64,000 nt of DNA, taken from assembly GCA_964511305.1 (NCBI GenBank), contig CAZEEU010000001.1, forward strand, positions 191,378 through 255,377, read 5' to 3'. Source of the DNA: an uncultured Gammaproteobacteria bacterium (GTDB taxonomy: Bacteria; Patescibacteriota; Microgenomatia; Levybacterales; GWA1-39-11). Every line of letters begins with the position of its first letter. The first letter of the stretch is position 1. The translations under genes and the position numbers were made by a program. The notes under the pieces are model-generated. The model saw only the letters and a program-made list of their open reading frames with translations, was not told the origin of the DNA and did no database searches. Positions 1-7,944 of this stretch are shown here, one piece after another.

Positions 1-1059
1 AGGTGCGTCCCAATTTCCTGTGTAAAGATAGGGAATATAATAAAGAATATTACCAATTGAAAATATAAATAATGGGCCCCTTATAAATTTTTTCTCTATC
101 ATAAGAGCAGCAAAAGGAAAAACGTAAAGTAAATACCAGGGTTGAAAATTTGTACGATATGAAGCAAGTATCACACCTATAATCATAAGTACTATTGAGC
201 CTGCGATGAAATAACTTTGCTTCTTAAATAAGCTTAGAATGATGTAGAGAATTGCGGAAACTAAAGTCACAAATTTAACTCCTGCTGAAAATATCAGAAG
301 AACTCCACCTTTTATGTAATCCCTCTTAAGCAAGAAATAAACGCCAAACATTCCTAGACCCATCATTACGATATCGTTATGTGCAGAGACTAAAGATTCT
401 GCAAGAACAAAAGGATTGAGCGCAAAGGCAGCAATTGGTAGAAGTACATTTGATAACTTTAACTTTGTAGCGATTTTCCCGATTGACCAGACAGTAAGAA
501 GGAAAAAACCTCCCATGAGAAATTTGAAAAGAAAAAAGGTAATAATAAAAATTTGACTACCTACAAAACTTACCGGAACCGTGAGCGCAAGCCATAATGG
601 TCCATACGGGTACACTCTATGAGTCCATCGCATGAACGAAAGCATTGGATCTCCAGGAAAATCTAGTGCCTTATGAATGTAAGGATTCTGATTGTAAAAA
701 GTTACAATCTTTGCGTCAAAAATATAGTTAAAAAGATCATAGGAAAACGCGTTATAAGACAACACTACAATTCCGGTCACAATAAGTATCACAGTCCATA
801 ATTGTTTGTGACCTATTTTATTCTTCTGGACGAGCCTTAAAGTCCAGAAGTAAATCAAGAATAGAAATAAAAATAGAATTATATATAGGAATGTAGATAA
901 AGGCCGATTGAACCAACCTACATATTGAAAAGATTTTTGGATAGTCTGAAGAAATGAAGCTCTTGAAAGTGTTAGGGAAAGATCTACCTGAGTATAAGAA
1001 TATAAGAACAACAGTACACAACCCAATACCCATGATAGGGTGAAAAATTTTGTCCTCAT
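1..1059 (-). CDS. polytopic membrane protein, 3' end outside window (possible glycosyltransferase partner of the adjacent GT2)
   Basis: Hand translation of the minus strand gives an uninterrupted frame from ATG at 1059..1057 that runs past position 1 (MRTKFFTLSWVLGCVLLFLYSY...WYLLYVFPFAAL...). It has 8 or more hydrophobic helices. It is absent from the ORF track because no stop falls inside the window. Confidence 0.55.
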   Translation of the reverse strand, partial: MRTKFFTLSWVLGCVLLFLYSYTQVDLSLTLSRASFLQTIQKSFQYVGWFNRPLSTFLYIILFLFLFLIYFWTLRLVQKNKIGHKQLWTVILIVTGIVVLSYNAFSYDLFNYIFDAKIVTFYNQNPYIHKALDFPGDPMLSFMRWTHRVYPYGPLWLALTVPVSFVGSQIFIITFFLFKFLMGGFFLLTVWSIGKIATKLKLSNVLLPIAAFALNPFVLAESLVSAHNDIVMMGLGMFGVYFLLKRDYIKGGVLLIFSAGVKFVTLVSAILYIILSLFKKQSYFIAGSIVLMIIGVILASYRTNFQPWYLLYVFPFAALMIEKKFIRGPLFIFSIGNILYYIPYLYTGNWDAP

Positions 1060-1087
1060 AAGACTTTGTCGTTGAGACAGAATATTG

Positions 1088-1846
1088 TCATAGACCATAC
1101 TTACCGGATGATATCTTTTTTCTAATTTTAAATAACTCAAAGAATCCCTCGACTGAATCTTTAATAGGACTTACTCTTCTGGTCTCAACATACAACCAAT
1201 CAACAGGAACTTCCTTTATCTTGTACCCCTTAGCTTTTGCAACATACAGTATTTCTATATCAAATCCAGCTGTAACTGATGACCCATGAATTGTCTTAAA
1301 TCCATTATGGCTCTCTTTGACATTCTTAAATACATCTTGAGATGCTTTCTTGGAGAAAATTTTAAATCCACATTGTGTGTCCTGTATCTCGGGGAGACCA
1401 ACTATTGCAGAGCGCAAAATCATCATTCCCTTTGCCATAACTTTTCTTGTTATAGGCGCACCTTTTCTATTTGAGCTTCTTGATCCAATAACTACATCAT
1501 AGCCTTCCTTTATAAATGGAAGTAACTTTTCAAGTTCTTCTATTGGGGTTGCTTGATCCATGTCGGCAAAAAGAACGTAGTCTCCTTTTGCGTCTAACAT
1601 TCCTGAAGTAACTGCTCCTGCTTTTCCAGAATGTGAATTTTGAATTACGCGAAACTGCTTCTCGTCATGTGCATAGTCCTTAACATACTCTAGGCTTCCA
1701 TCCGTTGAACCGTCATCAACTATGATGACTTCATAATTAAATTTTTGCTTTTCTAAATACTTTTGAACCTTGGAAAGAGTACCTTTTCGCAGGTTACCCA
1801 TTTCGTTATAGGAGGGAATTACGACTGAAAGGTAGATATTGCTCAT
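1088..1846 (-). CDS. family 2 glycosyltransferase (dolichyl-phosphate sugar synthase-like)
   Basis: VVIPSYNE, DDGSTDGS and a DMDQ (DXD) motif, with a GT-A fold layout typical of DPM1/ArnC-like enzymes. Confidence 0.85.
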   Translation of the reverse strand: MSNIYLSVVIPSYNEMGNLRKGTLSKVQKYLEKQKFNYEVIIVDDGSTDGSLEYVKDYAHDEKQFRVIQNSHSGKAGAVTSGMLDAKGDYVLFADMDQATPIEELEKLLPFIKEGYDVVIGSRSSNRKGAPITRKVMAKGMMILRSAIVGLPEIQDTQCGFKIFSKKASQDVFKNVKESHNGFKTIHGSSVTAGFDIEILYVAKAKGYKIKEVPVDWLYVETRRVSPIKDSVEGFFELFKIRKKISSGKYGL

Positions 1847-1903
1847 ACAATTACTAATTATACAAGATTTTGCGTAGTCGCAATAACTTGTATAATTAGG
1901 GTC

Positions 1904-2491
1904 ATGAAATTGATTTTGGGGTCACAATCTTTAGGAAGAAAAGAAGTACTGACAGCTGCTGGATACAGTTTCGATGTTATGGTTGCAGATATTGATGAAA
2001 AAGCTATAAGAGATGACAATTATGAGCTACTTCCTCTTCTAATAGCACGAGAGAAGACAAAGGCTTTACTTTCAAAAATCCAGGAGGACGCGGTTCTTAT
2101 AACCTCTGACCAAGTCGTTGTATGCAATGGTGAGCTTCGAGAAAAACCTGTCGATGCCGATGAAGCTAGGGTTTGGCTTAAAAGCTATGCGTCCTACCCT
2201 TCCCGAGCAATTACATCAGTTATTGTAATAAATACAGTTACAGGCAAATATGCTGAGGGTGTTGATATTGTAGACATAGTCTTCGACAAAATCCCTGATG
2301 AGATTATTGAAAAACTTATTATTCAGGGTAGAATTTTACAAACAGCAGGAGCTTGCATTGCTGAGGATCCCCTACTAAGCCCGCATATTAAAGAGTTAAA
2401 AGGAGACTTAGATAGTCTTACGGGTCTTCCTATGCGACTAGTCAAAAAATTCCTTGATGAAGTAGGATTTAATCAAGATCAAGAAGCTTGA
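1904..2491 (+). CDS. maf: Maf-like nucleoside triphosphate pyrophosphatase
   Basis: N-terminal LILGSQSLGRKEVL (Maf signature LILASxSPRRxELL) and C-terminal TGLPM. Confidence 0.8.
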   Translation: MKLILGSQSLGRKEVLTAAGYSFDVMVADIDEKAIRDDNYELLPLLIAREKTKALLSKIQEDAVLITSDQVVVCNGELREKPVDADEARVWLKSYASYPSRAITSVIVINTVTGKYAEGVDIVDIVFDKIPDEIIEKLIIQGRILQTAGACIAEDPLLSPHIKELKGDLDSLTGLPMRLVKKFLDEVGFNQDQEA

Positions 2492-2891
2492 GTCCGACTT
2501 CGTCGTTCATTTTTCGCTCGATCTTTTCATCAATAGGAGCCAAGAATATCTCGATCGTCGGTCCAACTACTAAGTCTTTAACATGACCTCCAACGGTTGC
2601 AAATTCCTTGTCTGAAAATACACCGTGTGCATGGATGAAAGGCTGTCCGTCAACTAAAGAAATGTTCCCAGTCATGCCTACCAACTCCATAGGGCTTTCA
2701 AAATGGCGAAATGAATATGTCTTAGTCGGAAGATCGTAAAAAGCTAGCTCTACCTGCTCAACCGCACCAATTGCAGTAAAATAAGCAGAAGATACGTTTT
2801 CTGATTTGCAAAAGGTAATAAAAACATCATTGAACTTCTCGCCCAATTCAAGACGAATAATATATCCTTTTGAGGTATTTTTAATTTGCAT
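2469..2891 (-). CDS. PPC/DUF296 domain protein (predicted DNA-binding)
   Basis: 140 aa with a GEKF...FTAIGAVEQVELAFYD...PFIHAHGVFSD pattern like DUF296. Its 3' end overlaps maf convergently by 23 nt. Confidence 0.55.
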   Translation of the reverse strand: MQIKNTSKGYIIRLELGEKFNDVFITFCKSENVSSAYFTAIGAVEQVELAFYDLPTKTYSFRHFESPMELVGMTGNISLVDGQPFIHAHGVFSDKEFATVGGHVKDLVVGPTIEIFLAPIDEKIERKMNDEVGLKLLDLD

Positions 2892-2979
2892 AACAAATAA
2901 ATACTATCATAAAATTGAGTTCAAAGTGAGATTTTAGTATAATAGTAATCTTGGCACGTCTGCATAAGACGAGTTTTTA

Positions 2980-3051
2980 GGCCCTATAGTCTAGTGGTTA
3001 GGACACTTGGTTCTCATCCAAGAAACCCGGATTCGAATTCCGGTAGGGTCA
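2980..3051 (+). tRNA. tRNA-Glu (anticodon CTC)
   Basis: Cloverleaf folded by hand. Acceptor GGCCCTA/TAGGGTC, D-stem GTCT/GGAC, anticodon stem CTTGG/CCAAG with loop TTCTCAT (U33, CTC, A37), T-arm CCGGA-TTCGAAT-TCCGG, discriminator A, no encoded CCA. Confidence 0.85.
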
Positions 3052-3067
3052 CTAAGTTCAAATTCGG

Positions 3068-4060
3068 TCACCCATTCGGAAGCTCATCGGAATTTCCAAC
3101 TGAAACTAACTCTTTCACTACTGCGACAACTCCTTGCGTCACTCTCGCTAATGTTTTGAAATCGACCTTATCAGGTGTATCGCTTTCAGTGTGGTAATGA
3201 GCTCCATACCTGAATGGTCCAGTATCGGTTATCATCATTGCTGGATAATCAAACCCCAAATATCCGAAATGGTCAGACCAACCATGAGGTGCAACTTTCG
3301 GCCATATAAATCCACCTCTATCCTCCTGTGACTGTCCATAAACTTCTTCAACTGGAACAGAAGAACTTTCTCTAAAAGTATTACTCACTTTTTCAAGCAG
3401 CTGCTTTCCCTCTCCATAAGAAAGCATTACAATTGCTTCTGGATTTATCGGAGGAATATCACTATTTGGAACTGGATTTTCACCAGTATCTTCAAAACAA
3501 CCCAATTCATCAAGAGCAATCATTCCAACTATGTTTTCGTCTTTTTCCAAGCTATTTTGGGCACTTACAATACTTCCCATTGTTTCTTGCCATGTAAACG
3601 GAGGTTCTTCGTTCACAAAACCAATAAATCTGACAGTCCTATCGTTAGCTTTTAATACACGAGCGACTTCTAACATCGCAGCGACACCTGTCCCATTGTC
3701 ATTTGCACCTGGGATGTTATCTCCTGGTGTATCGTAGTGTGCTCCTAAAATAACAATTTCATCAGGTCTAAGAGAACCTTTTCTTTCTGCAATTACGTTT
3801 GAAACTTCAATTCGTTCATCTACGGTTTTATCTGCTCCTTGAATTGGACCCGCTTCCACAAAGAAAGTTTCCAACCCAACCTCATAACCAAACTCTGTAA
3901 ACTTTTCTCTTAGAAAATCTCTTGAACGATTAAGTGCCTCTGGCACGAAGATTGAACGTGGACCGATTTCAGTTGCAAGAGTTTCTACGTCTTGTCTTAA
4001 TCTTTCTTCGAGGGCTATTGCTTCCAACTCCGCTGGTTGTTGTCTATCTGGTTGAGTCAT
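3068..4060 (-). CDS. M28 family zinc aminopeptidase
   Basis: ILGAHYDT, DDNGTGVAAMLE and FVNEEP metal-ligand motifs of M28 peptidases. Confidence 0.85.
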   Translation of the reverse strand: MTQPDRQQPAELEAIALEERLRQDVETLATEIGPRSIFVPEALNRSRDFLREKFTEFGYEVGLETFFVEAGPIQGADKTVDERIEVSNVIAERKGSLRPDEIVILGAHYDTPGDNIPGANDNGTGVAAMLEVARVLKANDRTVRFIGFVNEEPPFTWQETMGSIVSAQNSLEKDENIVGMIALDELGCFEDTGENPVPNSDIPPINPEAIVMLSYGEGKQLLEKVSNTFRESSSVPVEEVYGQSQEDRGGFIWPKVAPHGWSDHFGYLGFDYPAMMITDTGPFRYGAHYHTESDTPDKVDFKTLARVTQGVVAVVKELVSVGNSDELPNG

Positions 4061-4194
4061 ATGGGCATATTATATACCAACTCTTACTAGTTCTAATTCC
4101 TACTGGGGGAAAGATTAAGCAGAAAGATATAGCCTCGAGGTTTGTTGACCGAATAGACGATACAATTTAATAAGTTCAGGAATTACTAAATTCC

Positions 4195-4262
4195 GTGCTG
4201 TCATGCGATGGGTCACTTCGGCAGGCTCAGTGCAAGCACTTGTGCTGAACGCAGCTGAAGCA
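4195..4262. repeat. GC-rich imperfect repeat block: tRNA-Glu 3'-end-like segment (aattccg...gggtcac) followed by ctgaacgcagctgaag
   Basis: Read directly from the sequence. It resembles the tRNA 3' end at 3035-3053 and the block at 4588-4638, but with the two sub-repeats in the opposite order. Confidence 0.5.
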
Positions 4263-4269
4263 CTTCTTT

Positions 4270-4584
4270 ATGCTTCAACCAAAAGATTGGTATATCTACA
4301 TGCTTCTTTGCGACTTAAAAACTTTTTACATTGGAATTACCGACAACCCTATCAGTCGCATTTCTCAACATAAAAACAAAGAGAATATTTCGACTAAAAA
4401 GTTTTCTGAACTTAAGTTTGTTTATGCAGAAAAATATGAAAATAAATATGAAGCTGCTAAAAGAGAAAAACAATTAAAGGGATGGTCGCATAAAAAGAAG
4501 CAAATGTTAGTTGATGGAGAACTCGGTCTCAATGTTTGCACTGAGGTTGTTGAAGGGATGCTACAGAAGAATTTGAATCACTGA
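4270..4584 (+). CDS. GIY-YIG nuclease domain protein (UPF0213-like)
   Basis: WYIYMLLCDLKTFYIGITDN...R..QHK and a K(Q/R)LKGWSHKKK tail, the classic small GIY-YIG fold. Confidence 0.85.
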   Translation: MLQPKDWYIYMLLCDLKTFYIGITDNPISRISQHKNKENISTKKFSELKFVYAEKYENKYEAAKREKQLKGWSHKKKQMLVDGELGLNVCTEVVEGMLQKNLNH

Positions 4585-4587
4585 GCT

Positions 4588-4638
4588 AGCCCTGAACGAA
4601 CGAAGCGAGCTGAAGGGAATTCCGGTAGGGGTCACCAT
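4588..4638. repeat. repeat block: ctgaacgaacgaagcgagctgaag followed by a near-exact copy of the tRNA-Glu 3' end (gaattccggtaggggtcacc)
   Basis: Positions 4616-4637 match tRNA-Glu 3031-3052 over about 20 nt with one extra G. Confidence 0.6.
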
Positions 4639-4678
4639 CTTTAAAAAAGCTGATATTTGATCATGATATACTTCAGCA

Positions 4679-5356
4679 ATGAAGTCTTCCTTATTAAATC
4701 GATATATTTATCCTCTTAAAGAACTTCATTACTTTTTTACGTATCCAATTATAAATTTTTTAAAACACCCGCAAAAGTCTTCTACCTTACTGCCTTCCAA
4801 AGGAACAATAGTAATAGTAGAGTGCTGGTTCCAATCGAATGAGTATCACCTGCTATGGCAGAACTATCTGGAAAAGAAAGGCTTCAGAACCCATCTCTTA
4901 ACCTTTAATGACATGAATGAGAGTTTCGCTTCGACGGCAAAAAAACTTAATTTTCAAATTGAAAGCTTAGGAATAAAGAATTTTTCTCTTGTCGGAATTA
5001 GCACTGGCGCAATAGTATGCTTGGAATACCTTACCCAGTTTGAAAAATGGAAATCTATAAAAAAATTCATAAGTGTTGGGGGACCACTTCGTGGGACTCC
5101 CGCAGCGTGGCTTATCAGCTTTACAAAAAAAGGGCGCGACATGACCCCAGATAGCCAGCTTATTCACAATCTTTCCCAAAGATATATCCCGAAAAATAAG
5201 ATGGTTACACTTTCAGCCTCACATGATGAATTGATTCCACTTAAAAACAGCGTGCTTGAAGGAGTACCTTCATACATAATTCATGTTTATGGGCATAATT
5301 TTTTCCATTTAGATCATAAGAACACATACGACCTGATTGCTGAACTCTCTGAATGA
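4679..5356 (+). CDS. alpha/beta-hydrolase (lipase/esterase-like)
   Basis: GxSxG nucleophile elbow (LVGISTGAIV) and Ser-Asp-His order consistent with the alpha/beta hydrolase fold. Confidence 0.6.
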   Translation: MKSSLLNRYIYPLKELHYFFTYPIINFLKHPQKSSTLLPSKGTIVIVECWFQSNEYHLLWQNYLEKKGFRTHLLTFNDMNESFASTAKKLNFQIESLGIKNFSLVGISTGAIVCLEYLTQFEKWKSIKKFISVGGPLRGTPAAWLISFTKKGRDMTPDSQLIHNLSQRYIPKNKMVTLSASHDELIPLKNSVLEGVPSYIIHVYGHNFFHLDHKNTYDLIAELSE

Positions 5357-5367
5357 AAAAATCTACT

Positions 5368-5841
5368 TTATTTTGAAGTATCCAATGAAGAAGGGATAAT
5401 TTGAGAATGCACTTCAGTATCTAATTTAGAATAATCACTATATCTTAACCAATCTACAACCATTTTATATATAACGATATCTGCTTCGGGCATCTTAGAT
5501 AAAGGCGGCGGCCATGATATGCCTCCCTGCTTCGCGTTCTTTTCCGACATCTGAAGAATTGCATTATGATACTCTTCTGCTCCTCTTGGAACTTCCTTAA
5601 TAATACCCTCTGCCTGTACTGTTTTTTGTTGATTTGAAAAAATTACAGTTAAAGCGCCCCTTTTATTTGCTGTTATATTTTCATATTTTCGAGTGTTGGC
5701 TTTAGTTAAAAAAAGGAAATTTAAATCATTATCATGTATAAAGAAAATTGTTGACCCGTGCGGGTTACCATCTGAGTCACTTGTAGAAAGAACAGCAATC
5801 TGCTCTTTTTTTAGAATTTGAATTAAGTTAGGCTTGTCCAT
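5368..5841 (-). CDS. pyridoxamine 5'-phosphate oxidase-like FMN-binding protein (general stress protein 26 family)
   Basis: IAVLSTSDSDGNPHGSTIFF...LTKANTRKYENI pattern of the PNPOx-like split barrel. Confidence 0.6.
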   Translation of the reverse strand: MDKPNLIQILKKEQIAVLSTSDSDGNPHGSTIFFIHDNDLNFLFLTKANTRKYENITANKRGALTVIFSNQQKTVQAEGIIKEVPRGAEEYHNAILQMSEKNAKQGGISWPPPLSKMPEADIVIYKMVVDWLRYSDYSKLDTEVHSQIIPSSLDTSK

Positions 5842-5912
5842 ACAAATATTATACTACTTACTTGTAGGTTTTATTTCTCAAACAAAAGCTCTCTAGTGCA
5901 TGAGAGTATAAT

Positions 5913-6572
5913 ATGCATATGGATAATACTGTTGCTAAAAAAATTGATGAATTTTTCTTAAAATACAAGCAACAAAAATATAAAAAAGGAGAGATTTTGG
6001 TTAGGGCTGGTGATGATCCTTCAGGAATATTTTATTTAAAAGAAGGTGTGGTAAAAAAATACGCTATCTCAAGTAAAGGTGACGAGATGATAGTTAATGT
6101 TTTTAAAGCAATCTCTTTTTTCCCAATGTCATGGGCAATAAATAAAACTTCCAACGCATATTTCTATGAGGCCTTGACGAATCTCAATGTCTATCGAGCC
6201 CCCCATGATGTTGTCAATAATTTCATCAAACACGAACCAGATGTAATGTACGATCTATTAAGCCGAGTGTATAGGGGGACAGAAGGAATTTTGACACGGA
6301 TGACCTATCTTATGTCTGGAAATGCAAATGGAAGACTCATAACAGAACTTATCATTCAAGCTAAAAGATTTGGAAAGAAAAAAGAAAACGGCATTGAGGT
6401 AAAAACCAGCGAAAAAGATATAGCGGCGCAAAGCGGAATGACAAGAGAAACTGTAAGCCGGGAGATGAGAGTGCTCAAGGATAAAGGGCTGGTTACCTTC
6501 TCTAAGAATATTCTTTTAATACACAGCATGCAAAAGCTCGAGGATCAATTACGATTAGATGAAGAGCTTTAG
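5913..6572 (+). CDS. Crp/Fnr family transcriptional regulator
   Basis: N-terminal cNMP-binding beta-barrel (GEILVRAGDDPSGIFYLKEG) and C-terminal HTH (RETVSREMRVLKDKGLV). Confidence 0.8.
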   Translation: MHMDNTVAKKIDEFFLKYKQQKYKKGEILVRAGDDPSGIFYLKEGVVKKYAISSKGDEMIVNVFKAISFFPMSWAINKTSNAYFYEALTNLNVYRAPHDVVNNFIKHEPDVMYDLLSRVYRGTEGILTRMTYLMSGNANGRLITELIIQAKRFGKKKENGIEVKTSEKDIAAQSGMTRETVSREMRVLKDKGLVTFSKNILLIHSMQKLEDQLRLDEEL

Positions 6573-6574
6573 AC

Positions 6575-6931
6575 CTAGTGAGTTGTTCTTGTTATTATTT
6601 CATCTGTTGGGATAATCTCGCTTCTTTTCTTGTCATCACTAGGCAAACCAGTTGGCAACAGATATCCTTGCCATTGTCCCTCTCCTACAAATAACTCGAG
6701 ATGGACAAGATCGACAAGGTCAGGTTCATCCTCCACTTCATACATTCTGAAATTTCCCAATGCAAGAATGTGATCTACCTCATGCTTTTTGTGCGTAGCA
6801 ACTAGAATCTCGCCAATTTTTCCTGCAACAACCCACGCAAAAGTCTTGCTACCCAGTCTAATAATTTTAGTCTGATTATGAGTTTGGATAAGACTATACA
6901 TTCCATTATCAATAAGCTTTATCATGCTCAC
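6575..6931 (-). CDS. hypothetical protein
   Basis: 118-aa ORF with no recognisable motif. It lies tail-to-tail with crp. Confidence 0.4.
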   Translation of the reverse strand: MSMIKLIDNGMYSLIQTHNQTKIIRLGSKTFAWVVAGKIGEILVATHKKHEVDHILALGNFRMYEVEDEPDLVDLVHLELFVGEGQWQGYLLPTGLPSDDKKRSEIIPTDEIITRTTH

Positions 6932-7012
6932 ATTTTATACATATTAAGTACCCTCTTCCGTGATTTAGATCACAAATAATTTGTGACGAAAATCAATGTC
7001 ACATGTATTTAA

Positions 7013-7480
7013 TTGCTATATATTTGCTGTATGACAACAAAACACTACTTACTACTGCTAGTTGATAGAGAGCATGCGAAATTTTATTTAATTTCAGGAG
7101 GACATCTTATTGAGGAAAAAGAATTAGAAAAGGATCACGTACCACAAAAGGTAAAACACGGCGATGACACCTGGGACGCACAGGATAAGATATTCCGCCA
7201 CATAGAAGTACATCTCCACAAACATCTACAGCATGTAGCAGAGGAGGCGGCTAAATTTATAAAAGGTAAGAATGTGACTGGCGTATTAATTGGCGGACAT
7301 AAACCATTATTCACCAAAGTTGCTCATCACCTATCACCCCAAATATCAAAGAAAGTCATCGGAACATTTGTAACAGAACTAAAGATCACCAAGGGTACGA
7401 TTTTAAAAAATGCCCAAAAAGAAATAGACAAAATTGAAACCCTAAATGAGGAGAATAAATTACAACAAGCATTGCACTGA
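7013..7480 (+). CDS. Host_attach / bacterial-archaeal eRF1-like (baeRF) domain protein
   Basis: N-terminal YLLLLVDREHAKFY, a central HGDD...HLHKHL, and VTGVLIGGHKPLFTKVAHHL match the layout of the Host_attach (eRF1-like) family. Confidence 0.5.
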   Translation: MLYICCMTTKHYLLLLVDREHAKFYLISGGHLIEEKELEKDHVPQKVKHGDDTWDAQDKIFRHIEVHLHKHLQHVAEEAAKFIKGKNVTGVLIGGHKPLFTKVAHHLSPQISKKVIGTFVTELKITKGTILKNAQKEIDKIETLNEENKLQQALH

Positions 7481-7481
7481 T

Positions 7482-7904
7482 ATGACTGCAAATACTTTAT
7501 TCAGAATCGTAAGAATACTGTCAATCGGGGGAATAATTTTGGCGATCTACTTACTCTGGGAGCAGGCCACGCAACCCGCCATCCCCCCATGCACAATTAA
7601 CAGCTACATCAATTGCGATGCGGTCATCAGCGGTGCTGTAGCCAAAACTTTTGGCATTCCTACCCCACTTTATGGTCTCGTCGGATATTTGTTTATTTTC
7701 ACATCAACATTAGCTAAAAAAAGGAAAATACTCCTTACGATAGCCACTTTTGGATTGGGTTTCTGTTTGTGGATAGCATACGTAGAACTTTTTCAGCTAC
7801 ATGTTATTTGCCCTATCTGCATTGGGTGTCAATTGATAATGATTTCCGTCTTTACACTTTCTATAATTCTTAATAGAATTAAAAGTGAGAAAAAGAATTT
7901 ATGA
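7482..7904 (+). CDS. vitamin K epoxide reductase (VKOR) family thiol oxidoreductase
   Basis: Four TM helices, a loop cysteine pair C-x7-C (CTINSYINC) and a TM CxxC (CPIC). The ATG at 7482 follows the upstream stop directly, whereas the ORF-track start at 7446 overlaps that gene. Confidence 0.6.
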   Translation: MTANTLFRIVRILSIGGIILAIYLLWEQATQPAIPPCTINSYINCDAVISGAVAKTFGIPTPLYGLVGYLFIFTSTLAKKRKILLTIATFGLGFCLWIAYVELFQLHVICPICIGCQLIMISVFTLSIILNRIKSEKKNL

Positions 7905-7944
7905 TACTGTTCAACGCCAGTAATAAAGACTAAGCTTATATAGC

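Noticed and set aside
3052-4640. Prophage or integrative element at tRNA-Glu
   Set aside because: No integrase, recombinase or phage genes lie between the repeats, and the interval is only about 1.6 kb. I kept it only as a decayed or minimal cassette hypothesis.
6575-6931. 118-aa ORF as a cupin or AraC-N-like sensor partnering with the adjacent Crp regulator
   Set aside because: Only a vague beta-rich pattern is visible and no two-motif cupin signature could be located. I left it as hypothetical.
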